Shown piece by piece: positions 8,407 to 17,553 of a stretch of DNA of 64,000 nucleotides (the stretch's first letter is position 1; every line of letters begins with the position of its first letter). The stretch spans positions 10,916-74,915 of the forward strand of contig JBFMEN010000003.1 of assembly GCA_040753435.1 (NCBI GenBank), read 5' to 3'. The DNA comes from Candidatus Omnitrophota bacterium. Lineage in GTDB: Bacteria; Omnitrophota; Gorgyraeia; Zapsychrales; JANLHA01. The position numbers and the translations under genes are program-made. The notes under the pieces were generated by a model. The model saw only the letters and a list, made by a program, of their open reading frames with translations. It had not been told where the DNA came from and ran no database searches.

Positions 8407-9690
8407 ATGTATCGGAAAATTATATCTATGATGATTTCAATCTGTCTTTTGTGTTCTCATGGACCGCTTGCATTTGCCAGTTATGCCGTTGTTCTCACCG
8501 ATTATGAATTGGATCAGATTTATGCCCAGGGAGTGGATGTCAGTCCCGGCGATGTTTTAAGTTCAGCGACAGTTGAGACTGCTGCTCTTGAATCAAATCC
8601 TTTTACGGAAAGTGAAAACAATAGCGTAACGTCGGTTCCTGTGACACCGGATAATCCTGTTGGACCGGCAACCCCGGTCCTGCCGGATGGTCCGACCGGC
8701 CCGGTGTTACCTGATGGGCCTTTTCCACCGGAAAGTCCTGTGTTACCAGATGGACCGGTTTTACCGGGTGGCCCTTTTGGTCCGACATCGCCGAATGGTC
8801 CGGTAGTGCCTGACAGTCCGGCGCTTCCGGACGGTCCGTTTGCACCGGGAAGCCCTGTGTTGCCGGACAGTCCTTTTGGTCCGACATCGCCGAATGGTCC
8901 GGTAGTGCCTGACAGTCCGGCGCTTCCGGACAGTCCGTTTGCACCGGGAAGTCCTGTGTTGCCGGACAGTCCTTTTGGTCCGACATCGCCGAATGGTCCG
9001 GTAGTGCCTGACAGTCCGGCGCTTCCGGACAGTCCGTTTGCACCGGGAAGTCCTGTGTTGCCGGACAGTCCTTTTGGTCCGACATCGCCGAATGGTCCGG
9101 TAGTGCCTGGCAGTCCGACGCTTCCGGACGGTCCGTTTGCACCGGGAAGTCCTAACGGGCCGATCAATCCGGTATTACCAACAGGACCTGTTAGTCCCGA
9201 ATTGCCAAATGGACCGTTTGCTCCGAACAGCCCGACTCTGCCAAATGCGCCGGGGAGTGTAACAGCGCCTCAAGCGCCAGCAGCTCCCGGGGAAGTGGCA
9301 TTAGCGGATCCTGTTGCATTAACTCCGGTCGTTCCTTCGGCACCGGGAACGCCGTCTGCTCCAAACGTCCCGGCGGCTCCAAATCCACCTATTCAGCTTG
9401 ATGTTGTCGCGGGGGGAAATGGCGGCGGTTTTCAGGTGGCGTTAAACAACAGCAGCGGTCAGTCTTTGCTGCCGGAATCTTTTACATCAAATGCGCTGGG
9501 AGCGATCAACTCAGTAGATTTGAGCGGGGCGGCCCAGCAGAATCTTTCCGCCATGGTCAATGTGAATGCGGCGGGAAGCGTTGTTCCGGTGATGATCAAT
9601 CTTACGGTATTGATGAATTCCACAGTTGAGAATCTGAGCAATTTCAATGATTTGAATTTGGCAAATTACTCGACCCTGAGAGTCCAGTGA
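8407..9690 (+). CDS. Second Fap-like subunit with a Pro-rich stalk and one C-terminal amyloid-type repeat
   Basis: Signal peptide; LTDYELDQIYAQG motif; Pro at every third residue; C-terminal NSVDLSGAAQQNLSAMVNVNAAGSVVPVMINL aligns with the repeats of the upstream protein. Confidence 0.75.
   Translation: MYRKIISMMISICLLCSHGPLAFASYAVVLTDYELDQIYAQGVDVSPGDVLSSATVETAALESNPFTESENNSVTSVPVTPDNPVGPATPVLPDGPTGPVLPDGPFPPESPVLPDGPVLPGGPFGPTSPNGPVVPDSPALPDGPFAPGSPVLPDSPFGPTSPNGPVVPDSPALPDSPFAPGSPVLPDSPFGPTSPNGPVVPDSPALPDSPFAPGSPVLPDSPFGPTSPNGPVVPGSPTLPDGPFAPGSPNGPINPVLPTGPVSPELPNGPFAPNSPTLPNAPGSVTAPQAPAAPGEVALADPVALTPVVPSAPGTPSAPNVPAAPNPPIQLDVVAGGNGGGFQVALNNSSGQSLLPESFTSNALGAINSVDLSGAAQQNLSAMVNVNAAGSVVPVMINLTVLMNSTVENLSNFNDLNLANYSTLRVQ
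8773..9153 (+). repeat. 99-bp (33-aa) tandem repeat, nearly 4 copies (PFGPTSPNGPVVPDSPALPDSPFAPGSPVLPDS)
   Basis: Unit starts at 8773, 8872, 8971 and 9070. Confidence 0.95.
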
Positions 9691-9714
9691 TAGTGAAAGG
9701 CCGGTTCGACAGCA

Positions 9715-10431
9715 ATGTCTGAGAAAAGTTGCAGAAAAACAATAAGGATTGACGTTTTAGTTCTTGTGGCCTTGGCGTTGGTCAGCATGTGTTTGTCCGA
9801 TGCCAGGGCCGCAAGTTTTTCGGTCGGCGGCGTCCGTCTTTATAAAAATGTGAAACCTCTGCGGGAAATCAAGCGGAGCAATCTAACTCCTCAGAGTCTG
9901 GATTTCAGCTGCGGGCCTGCCGGTCTTGCGACGCTGTTTCACTATTATTTAAGCGATCCCGTGTCTGAAGCAGAGATTATTACGGCGTTATTACAGACGA
10001 CGTCTTTGGAAAAGGTCAGGGCCCGTGGAGGATTTTCATTATTGGATTTAAAATCGTTTGCCGAACGGCGTGGGTACGTAGCAACAGGTTTTCAAATGGA
10101 TATCAGCGCCCTTCGCCAGTTGGGTAAACCGGTTCTGGTGCCGATTAAGTTTAAAAATTACCGGCACTTTGTCGTTGTTAAAGATGTGGTGAATGACCGT
10201 GTTTTTATTGCCGATCCTGCTTCGGGAAACATGTCATTGAAGACACATCAGTTTGAACGGATATGGTTACATGGAATTGTGCTGTTAATAGAACCATCAG
10301 GAGGCGGGATCCAGAAAAATAACGATTTAGAATTAAAGGAATCCGATCTTATTTTCGCAGATTATTCCCGATGGAGCGCAATCGTAAGGCCAAGTTTAAT
10401 TCGAACCGCAATTTACCCGACGGAGTATTAA
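9715..10431 (+). CDS. fapD: C39-family cysteine peptidase (FapD-like)
   Basis: QSLDFSCGPAGLATL (Gln/Cys), RHFVVV (His), FIADPASG (Asp), GFSLLDLK; N-terminal signal sequence. Confidence 0.85.
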   Translation: MSEKSCRKTIRIDVLVLVALALVSMCLSDARAASFSVGGVRLYKNVKPLREIKRSNLTPQSLDFSCGPAGLATLFHYYLSDPVSEAEIITALLQTTSLEKVRARGGFSLLDLKSFAERRGYVATGFQMDISALRQLGKPVLVPIKFKNYRHFVVVKDVVNDRVFIADPASGNMSLKTHQFERIWLHGIVLLIEPSGGGIQKNNDLELKESDLIFADYSRWSAIVRPSLIRTAIYPTEY

Positions 10432-11699
10432 TGGAATACTTGCAATATGGAAAAAGGGTGGCATGGGGCCTTGCCTTCACCGCCGCCGTTATGCTGGTAC
10501 ATGGAATTTTAAGTGAGGTAAGAAAAAGGAATGTTGAAGAATCAGTTTTGCGTGAAGAAGTCCGCCTTGAGGTGATTTCAGAGTTTGAGCAGAGGATGCA
10601 GGACATGATCCGTCTGCAGGTGGAAGAAAAAGTTGCGGCAATAAAATTGGTGAATGGCGGCAGGCTTCTCTCAGACTATGAGTTGAAAGAAAGCATTGCC
10701 GGAAATCCGGTTGAGTCACCAATAAACGCGGTTGCCCATTCCGGCGATTCCGCCGTTGTCGATCTTGTCATTAAAAGAGACGATGTTTCAGGGACAGATC
10801 AGAATGGTGAGGCGGAAGGTTTGGCAACGGAGCCGGTCACTGATAGCGAAATCGTCGAATCCATCGAGAAAACTTTGGTGCAACGGGGGAGTATCCTGCT
10901 TCCAAAAGGGACTTTACAGATGGAGCCGAGCCTTGTTTATGCCCATTTTTCCTCTAACCGGATCAATATCCAGGGGTTCAGCATTCTTCCAGTTCTCGTC
11001 ATAGGGGATATTTCAACGGAAACCGTGCGCAGGGATCTTTTTATTCAAACGCTTTCATTTAAATACGGGCTGATGCACAATTTTCAGACTGAACTTAAGA
11101 TTCCTGCGCGATATGAATACGATCGGATCACAGACACGGCCAGCGCTGAAAGCACGCGCAGTGACTTCGGGATCGGCGATGTGGAATTTGGTTTCAGCCG
11201 TCAGATCGGCTGGGAAAACGGAACCATTCCGGATCTTGTTTTTGCCATGGCCGTAAAAACTCCATCAGGAGAAGGCCCTTATAATCGTGACATCGGTTTG
11301 GGAACAGGGCACTGGGCTCTTCGCGGCAGCCTCATCGCGGCAAGGGCGAGTGATCCGGCAGTTATCTTCGGCAGCCTGAGTTATACCTGGAACATCGAAA
11401 GGGACATCGACAATTATGGAACAGTGGACCCCGGTGACTCCATCAGTTACAGCGTCGGGACCGCGATTGCGTTAAGTTATCAGACGGCGATCACATTTTC
11501 ATTCGATCAGAGCATCACCCTTCATATGGAAAGGAACGGGAGCAGCGTGTCGAATTCGTTTGTCAATGCCGCGAATTTAAGGACAGGGTTTAACTGGTCT
11601 TTGAGCGAGCGGTCTTCAGTCGATTTCGGAGTCAGTACGGGGGTCACCGAAGACGCTCCAGACGTGACTGTTGAAATACGTTTTCCCTATATTTTTTAA
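10431..11699 (+). CDS. fapF: FapF-like outer-membrane beta-barrel amyloid transporter
   Basis: ATG overlaps the peptidase stop (TAATG). N-terminal hydrophobic segment and coiled coil, amphipathic beta strands, GIGDVEFG, GLGTGHW, and C-terminal DAPDVTVEIRFPYIF resembling the FapF terminus. Confidence 0.8.
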   Translation: MEYLQYGKRVAWGLAFTAAVMLVHGILSEVRKRNVEESVLREEVRLEVISEFEQRMQDMIRLQVEEKVAAIKLVNGGRLLSDYELKESIAGNPVESPINAVAHSGDSAVVDLVIKRDDVSGTDQNGEAEGLATEPVTDSEIVESIEKTLVQRGSILLPKGTLQMEPSLVYAHFSSNRINIQGFSILPVLVIGDISTETVRRDLFIQTLSFKYGLMHNFQTELKIPARYEYDRITDTASAESTRSDFGIGDVEFGFSRQIGWENGTIPDLVFAMAVKTPSGEGPYNRDIGLGTGHWALRGSLIAARASDPAVIFGSLSYTWNIERDIDNYGTVDPGDSISYSVGTAIALSYQTAITFSFDQSITLHMERNGSSVSNSFVNAANLRTGFNWSLSERSSVDFGVSTGVTEDAPDVTVEIRFPYIF

Positions 11700-11795
11700 C
11701 AGAATGCTGTCTATTTTTTCGGGAAACAGCCGGTAGCAATGAGCCATTGATAATTTATGATAAAAAAGGATTGGTAAAATTAAAAAAAGGCGGAG

Positions 11796-12095
11796 ATGAT
11801 GAAAAGAAAGATATTGATAACGTTATTATTGTTGATTTTGGGACTGGGGTTGACCTACCTCGTTTCCATGGGAGTCCAGGCGGAAGATGCGTTGGGCCAA
11901 CAGAAGATTGAGGGAGAGATTGTGGAGATGGATGAGGAGGAGGGGGTCGTTGTGATCCAGGATATGCATCCACCCAATGATGAAAAACAATTATATGCGC
12001 ATCCGCAGAAGCTGGAATCGTTCGAGGAGGGAAACAGGGTACGCGCCTATTATCAGCCAAAAGACAGTGTGATCCGGGATATGAATATGTTTTAA
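11796..12095 (+). CDS. Small exported hypothetical protein
   Basis: Signal or anchor helix followed by a small beta-rich domain; SD GGCGGAG. Confidence 0.65.
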   Translation: MMKRKILITLLLLILGLGLTYLVSMGVQAEDALGQQKIEGEIVEMDEEEGVVVIQDMHPPNDEKQLYAHPQKLESFEEGNRVRAYYQPKDSVIRDMNMF

Positions 12096-12123
12096 GTTTT
12101 TTTCAAAAATATTTATGAAAATG

Positions 12124-12149
12124 AGACAGGCACAAGCCTGTCTTTTTTT
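12124..12149 (+). terminator. Intrinsic terminator
   Basis: AGACAGGC-ACAA-GCCTGTCT followed by a T-run. Confidence 0.7.
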
Positions 12150-12247
12150 ATTATGCGGCAAGAAATTAACTGAGGGTAGAACTCCCATCTTAAACCCCGG
12201 ACATGAATTTATTAAGATAAAAAGCAATAGAGACAATAAAGGAGGTC

Positions 12248-13453
12248 ATGATGAAGGCAGTTGTTTTTGAAGATATCGGAAAAATTTCTTTTAAAGACGT
12301 TCCGGATCCGTCACTTCAGAGTCCGATGGATGCCCTTGTTAACATCACGGCAAGTTCGATTTGCGGCACCGACCTTCATATGGTGAGAGGAACATTGGGG
12401 GAAATGAAACCAGGGACCATCATGGGACATGAAGGCGTGGGGGTCATCGATGCCGTTGGTTCTGCTGTGCGGAATCTAAAAGAAGGAGAGCGGGTTATTA
12501 TCCCTTCCAGCATTGGATGCGGTTACTGCGCCTATTGCCGGGCGGGATATTTTTCTCAATGCGATAACGCAAACCCCAGCGGCAAACAGGCAGGAACGGC
12601 ATTCTTCGGAGGACCGAAAAGCAGCGGTTCTTTCGACGGACTCCAGGCGGAGAAGGTCCGGGTTCCTTTTGCTAATGTCGGGTTGGTCAAGATTCCGGAA
12701 TGGCTGACGGATGATCATGCATTGATGCTTTCGGATATTTTCCCGACTGGATTTTTCGGAGCCGAGATGGCTGAAATTACGGAAGGCGATGTGGTGGCGG
12801 TTTTGGGCTGCGGGCCCGTTGGCTTGTTCGCTATTGCCAGCGCATTTCATTTAGGGGCCGGAAGGGTTTTTGCGGTCGACAGAGTTCCTTACCGGCTTGA
12901 TCATGCGCGGAACATTGGCGCCGAAACGATTAATTTTGAAGAGGAAGATCCTGTCGCCGTAATTATGGGGCTGACCGGGGGCATCGGGGTGGATCGTTTG
13001 ATCGAGGCAGTCGGAATCGATGCGCAACATCCTCATCAAGGGTTTGCCCAGCCGTCGGAAGACGATCTGCATCGATTTGAGAAAGAAGTCGCTGAGGTGA
13101 CCCGGCATTCCAGGTTACCTGAAAAATGGGAAGTCGGAGATGCTCCTTCCCAGGCCCTGGATTGGGCGGTACAAATGCTTGATAAGGCGGGCACGCTTTC
13201 GATTATCGGAGTTTACCCTGAAACGGCCCAGACCTTTCCAATCGGAAAAGCGATGGGCAAGAACCTGACAATTAACATGGGGAATTGCAGTCATCGGAAA
13301 TATATCCCGATGCTGCTCGACCTAGTCGGGGAAAGTTATTTTGATTTCTCGAATATTTTGACAAAAACTGAACCGTTCTCCCGGGCCATGGATGCTTACC
13401 ACGCCTTTGATCACCATCGGGAGGGATGGATAAAAGTCAAACTCGAGACGTGA
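12248..13453 (+). CDS. Zn-dependent alcohol/formaldehyde dehydrogenase (MDR family)
   Basis: ICGTDLH, GHEGVG, structural-Zn CGYCAYC...C, LSDIFPTG, Rossmann GCGPVG. Confidence 0.9.
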   Translation: MMKAVVFEDIGKISFKDVPDPSLQSPMDALVNITASSICGTDLHMVRGTLGEMKPGTIMGHEGVGVIDAVGSAVRNLKEGERVIIPSSIGCGYCAYCRAGYFSQCDNANPSGKQAGTAFFGGPKSSGSFDGLQAEKVRVPFANVGLVKIPEWLTDDHALMLSDIFPTGFFGAEMAEITEGDVVAVLGCGPVGLFAIASAFHLGAGRVFAVDRVPYRLDHARNIGAETINFEEEDPVAVIMGLTGGIGVDRLIEAVGIDAQHPHQGFAQPSEDDLHRFEKEVAEVTRHSRLPEKWEVGDAPSQALDWAVQMLDKAGTLSIIGVYPETAQTFPIGKAMGKNLTINMGNCSHRKYIPMLLDLVGESYFDFSNILTKTEPFSRAMDAYHAFDHHREGWIKVKLET

Positions 13454-13475
13454 CATCGGAACGACCGGAGGAGAA

Positions 13476-13934
13476 ATGATCAAAATATTGATTGTTACAG
13501 TTTCTCTTTTCTCTTTATTGAATTTGTATGTTTTTCCTGATATTAACGACAATCGGGAATGGTTTGAGTGTGACGACCGAACCATTCCCGCCGAGAAGAC
13601 CCGATTTGATTATTATGGAGTCGAGATCTACCGTTCACTATCCGATGATTTCTTATTTATTGTCGATGAGGATGATGGCAAGTCGGCGTGTATTCCAATC
13701 GGGGAAGATCAGGGGGCGCAGCGATGGATTCTGGCTGGATTTAAAAAGATCAAGGCGGGAAAGTTTACTTCCAGGAAGGTGATAGCTTTTGAGATTCAGA
13801 GATCCTGTGTCAGCAGATATTTTAACATTAAAAATGGAAAAGAGATCTTTGTGGATGAAACTGGAGATGGGCAGCTTTATGTTGACTATGAGCAGGAAAT
13901 TGAAGAAGAACCGTTTAAATATCCGTATGATTGA
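13476..13934 (+). CDS. Exported hypothetical protein
   Basis: SD GGAGGAG; N-terminal hydrophobic helix; no recognised domain. Confidence 0.6.
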   Translation: MIKILIVTVSLFSLLNLYVFPDINDNREWFECDDRTIPAEKTRFDYYGVEIYRSLSDDFLFIVDEDDGKSACIPIGEDQGAQRWILAGFKKIKAGKFTSRKVIAFEIQRSCVSRYFNIKNGKEIFVDETGDGQLYVDYEQEIEEEPFKYPYD

Positions 13935-14095
13935 GATTGGGGAATTCGAATAAGGAATCAGGCTCAGGTTTTCTTTGCAGTTCTTTTATCAGGCGGCTTT
14001 GCTTTACAAAAAACAAACGGGCCTGTTTTTTCTGATATTTCAACAGACCCGCCATTTTTTGTTTCAATTAAAAGTTCGTTAATTTTCGACTGTCT

Positions 14096-14776
14096 TTATC
14101 GATAGCGGAATACATTAAATACGCGTGACCACAAAGATAGTCCTGTCAGAAACAGGATGGAGCCGATCGCCAGCATCGAAATAAGTTGCAGGACGAGAGG
14201 CGCGATATTAATGACCGACATGATTCCCAGAGCGACAGCGGCAATTCCGATAAATATTTCCGCATCCGCCGAAGCTGTCACCGCCTGTTCAGCCACTCTC
14301 TTGATTTGAGGAGAGTGGACAGGGTTCATTAAATTCAGTGCGTTCAGCCTGAAATCTATCCCGCTTCCGAAAATCAGTCCGGCCCCGTATACAATCGCCG
14401 CAGATCCGATCATCATTTGGGGCGACATTCCTGCCATGGCGAGAATCCCCAGAGCGATGCCGGTAATCCCGGCGATGGTCTCAGAGGTTATCCCGGTATT
14501 GAGCTGGGATAAAGCCTTTTTGCTCATTTCAGGCTCTCCTGCGACCACGGATTCCATTTTCGACGCTACCGACGATCCTTTAATTAATAAGGCGGCCCCA
14601 ATCAAAATTGTAGATATCGACAGCATGATGACCGGATAAATATCCAATAGGCCCAGAATGGAAAGGATGACTGCCCCCATTCCGATTATGCTTTCAATGA
14701 TTGATCCGCTGCCGACTGCGATTAAAGCTCTTTCTTGCTCACTCATATGCACCTCCATGATTGATGATGAAAACAT
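14096..14776 (-). CDS. Multi-pass membrane protein with three internally repeated TM hairpins
   Basis: Repeated E-x-I-x-G-x-x-x-x-x-L-G/S-I-L motifs. Probable start is MSEQ, with SD GGAGG. Confidence 0.75.
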   Translation of the reverse strand: MFSSSIMEVHMSEQERALIAVGSGSIIESIIGMGAVILSILGLLDIYPVIMLSISTILIGAALLIKGSSVASKMESVVAGEPEMSKKALSQLNTGITSETIAGITGIALGILAMAGMSPQMMIGSAAIVYGAGLIFGSGIDFRLNALNLMNPVHSPQIKRVAEQAVTASADAEIFIGIAAVALGIMSVINIAPLVLQLISMLAIGSILFLTGLSLWSRVFNVFRYR

Positions 14777-15205
14777 TCAAGCTCTTCATATAATGTAAAG
14801 GTTTTTAATGGTAAGGCTATTGGAAGTTTCTGCCTTTTTTAGACTATTTTCATCATCGACGTGAAATATTGATGCGGGTAAAGGGAAAAATGTTGATAAA
14901 AAGGGGAAATTGGACCTTGTCTGACTAAGGGCGGAATATAGAATAAAATCAGAAAGCAAAAAAAGATATCCGTTAGACATGGTCGTGTATGAAATTAATC
15001 AACTGGAAGAAAACAACAAAGGAAAAAACCGGTTTGATACGGAAAAGCTTTTTACCGGTTTTTCCGTTATTTAATTTTATCGATATCTTTGAAGGCTTTC
15101 CTGACGATAATTTCGATATGCCCGGTAATGAATTTTTTTATCATAGCGTCAGGTTGACCGGCCTTAGCCGGAGTATCATTCCCATTGTAATCATTTTCAT
15201 CAATC

Positions 15206-17542
15206 TTGATTTCACCCATTTTAAAAACGAACGTTGTCTTTTTTGTGAAAGATAGCTGGTTGGCGTTCCGGCAGGAAAGAGGGCTGGTGTTTAATAATTT
15301 CGCGAATAAAATCTGGCAGTTCATGATGAAACGGGTTGCACGCGCTCACGGGATTATTGATCCTGTCGCCTTTTCAGCCAAATTGAACAGATTCGGCCAG
15401 CCTTCGGAAGTGATCGTGCCTGTTGAACTGATCCGTATGTCTGCTGTTCTTCACGCAAGGGGGCTTGTGAACAGCAGGGCCATTCAGCACAATCTTGACT
15501 GGGTTTGGCCTTATTGGGTGGTGAAGCAGTTTGACCCTAAAAATATCTCCTTTATACCGAGGGCGTTTTCATTAACCCATATCAATTTAACTGAACGAAA
15601 CTGGACAGCCATAGGCCTTCCCGGTATCGATGAATTTCCCATTGTTGATCCGCGGGGACTTGTCACCCCATTCTTTGATAGTTGGTCGCTGGACGGATGG
15701 ATTGTGGGCGGGGGTCATGAACTTCTTCCATCTCGCTCAATGGATGCTGTCCAGCAGCTTGTAATGGACGGAAACATTTGTCTTAAAACCAAAACAGCGA
15801 ATACCTTTGGTTATCAGCTTGAGGTTGAGGCGCAGGTGATTTCCACGGAAGCAGGACCGGTCTGCCATGTGAGTTATAAAGCCAAAACTCCCCTGGAAGG
15901 AGCGTCTCTTGTCATTTCCGTCAGACCCTATAACCCTGAAGGGGTGAGCTTTATTAATTCAATCTCCATGACCCATGAAGGGAATGGATGGATCATTAAT
16001 AAAAAACATTCCGTCTTGTTCAGCGCCTTTGCCCATCGGCATGTTTTTTCAGATTATCCTTCCGGAGATGTTTACGAGCGTCTCGATAACAAGGAAAATT
16101 TAACGAATATCAAATGTGATGTTGGTATGGCGACGGCGGCGGCGGTATTTCCCCTGGAGCCGGAACAGATCTTCGAAATTTCAGTCGATGTTCCGTTATT
16201 AAAGAGAAAAGATTATCAGGATTCGAGCCGGAGGACGCCAATTCAACATTGGCATGAAAGTCTTAGGGACGCCGCGCGATTATCTTTATCCGACAAGCAT
16301 TTCGAATTTTTGTACAATGCTGCCGTCAGGACGCTGGTTTTAATGACCGGGGAGGATATTTATCCCGGACCATATACGTACAAACATTTCTGGTTTCGTG
16401 ACGCTGCCTTCATGTTATATGCGTTGACCATGATCGGGTTGACGAAACGGGGCCGATCGGCCGTCAATCTTTTTTTTCAACGTCAGAAATTAAACGGTTA
16501 TTTTCTGTCACAGGACGGCGAATGGGATTCCAACGGGCAGGTTTTATGGAGCATCCGGAAATTTTATGAAATGACCGGAGAAAGAGTCCCTGTTGAACGA
16601 CGCGAAAGGATCAAAAGGGGAGTCCGCTGGATCATGCACAAGCGTCTGGGAGAAAACATGACACCGCATTCAGGACTGATGCCGGCAGGTTTCAGTGCGG
16701 AGCACTTCGGACCGAATGATTATTATTACTGGGATGATTTCTGGTCCGTCGAAGGCTTGCGGTCGGGGGCATTTCTTTTAGAGCAGCTTGGTGAACGCTA
16801 TGTTGCCAGAAAATGTCTCAAAGAGGCGGAAGCCCTGTTAAAGGCGATTGAGAGGAGCCTGGAGAAAACTTCGCAGCGGTTAAAAACAAAAGCCATGCCA
16901 TCGTCGCCTTATCGCCGGTTGGACAGCGCCAGCGTTGGTCTTCTCGCGGCCTCATATCCTTTGAAATTATGGAAAGCGGATGATGAGCGCATCGACAAGA
17001 CGACCGAATTTTTGCTGGAGAACTGTTTCCTGAAAAATTCTTTTTTTCACGATATGAGTCATTCGGGAATAAATCCTTATTTGACGCTGCATGTGGCCGA
17101 GGTCCTCTTGCGTAAGGGCGACGGACGTTACTACGACCTTATGAAAGCGGTTGCAGATTCCGCCAGCCCGGCAGGTCAGTGGCCCGAGGCGATCCATCCA
17201 AATACCGGAGGAGGGTGCATGGGTGATGGGCAGCATGCGTGGGCATCGGCAGAATGGATTATGATGCTGCGCAACTGTTTTGTCCAGGAAGGAGCCGGAG
17301 ACATTCTGGTCCTTTGTCCCGGCGTTCATCCCGGCTGGTATTCCGATAACGAAGCTTCGTTCGGATGGTTATTTACCAGCCGCGGAAAGATTTATATCCG
17401 GGTCCGGAAGGACGGCGGAAAAGTGAAAATATCCTGGGAAGGCCGTTGGCATGATGATGTTCCGCCAAATATTATTGTCAAACTTCCGGGGTTGTCTCCT
17501 GTTCAGGTTCCTTATGGGGAAACTTCGGTTGAGGTAAGTTAA
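15206..17542 (+). CDS. Six-hairpin (alpha/alpha)6 glycoside hydrolase-like protein
   Basis: YKHFWFRDAA, EWDSNGQVLW, YYYWDDFWSVEGL and GDGQHAWASAEW motifs. True start is probably about 80-120 nt downstream. Confidence 0.65.
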   Translation: MISPILKTNVVFFVKDSWLAFRQERGLVFNNFANKIWQFMMKRVARAHGIIDPVAFSAKLNRFGQPSEVIVPVELIRMSAVLHARGLVNSRAIQHNLDWVWPYWVVKQFDPKNISFIPRAFSLTHINLTERNWTAIGLPGIDEFPIVDPRGLVTPFFDSWSLDGWIVGGGHELLPSRSMDAVQQLVMDGNICLKTKTANTFGYQLEVEAQVISTEAGPVCHVSYKAKTPLEGASLVISVRPYNPEGVSFINSISMTHEGNGWIINKKHSVLFSAFAHRHVFSDYPSGDVYERLDNKENLTNIKCDVGMATAAAVFPLEPEQIFEISVDVPLLKRKDYQDSSRRTPIQHWHESLRDAARLSLSDKHFEFLYNAAVRTLVLMTGEDIYPGPYTYKHFWFRDAAFMLYALTMIGLTKRGRSAVNLFFQRQKLNGYFLSQDGEWDSNGQVLWSIRKFYEMTGERVPVERRERIKRGVRWIMHKRLGENMTPHSGLMPAGFSAEHFGPNDYYYWDDFWSVEGLRSGAFLLEQLGERYVARKCLKEAEALLKAIERSLEKTSQRLKTKAMPSSPYRRLDSASVGLLAASYPLKLWKADDERIDKTTEFLLENCFLKNSFFHDMSHSGINPYLTLHVAEVLLRKGDGRYYDLMKAVADSASPAGQWPEAIHPNTGGGCMGDGQHAWASAEWIMMLRNCFVQEGAGDILVLCPGVHPGWYSDNEASFGWLFTSRGKIYIRVRKDGGKVKISWEGRWHDDVPPNIIVKLPGLSPVQVPYGETSVEVS

Positions 17543-17553
17543 GGAGTCATCAG

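Noticed and set aside
8520-9167. Minus-strand ORF that reads as perfect collagen-like Gly-X-Y
   Set aside because: Shadow of the Pro-x-x repeat: CC dinucleotides at every ninth base give antisense Gly codons. It has no signal peptide and lies wholly inside a well-supported + strand gene.
14786-15324. Short overlapping ORFs between the membrane protein and the glycosidase
   Set aside because: AT-rich divergent intergenic DNA; no recognisable motifs or convincing RBS.
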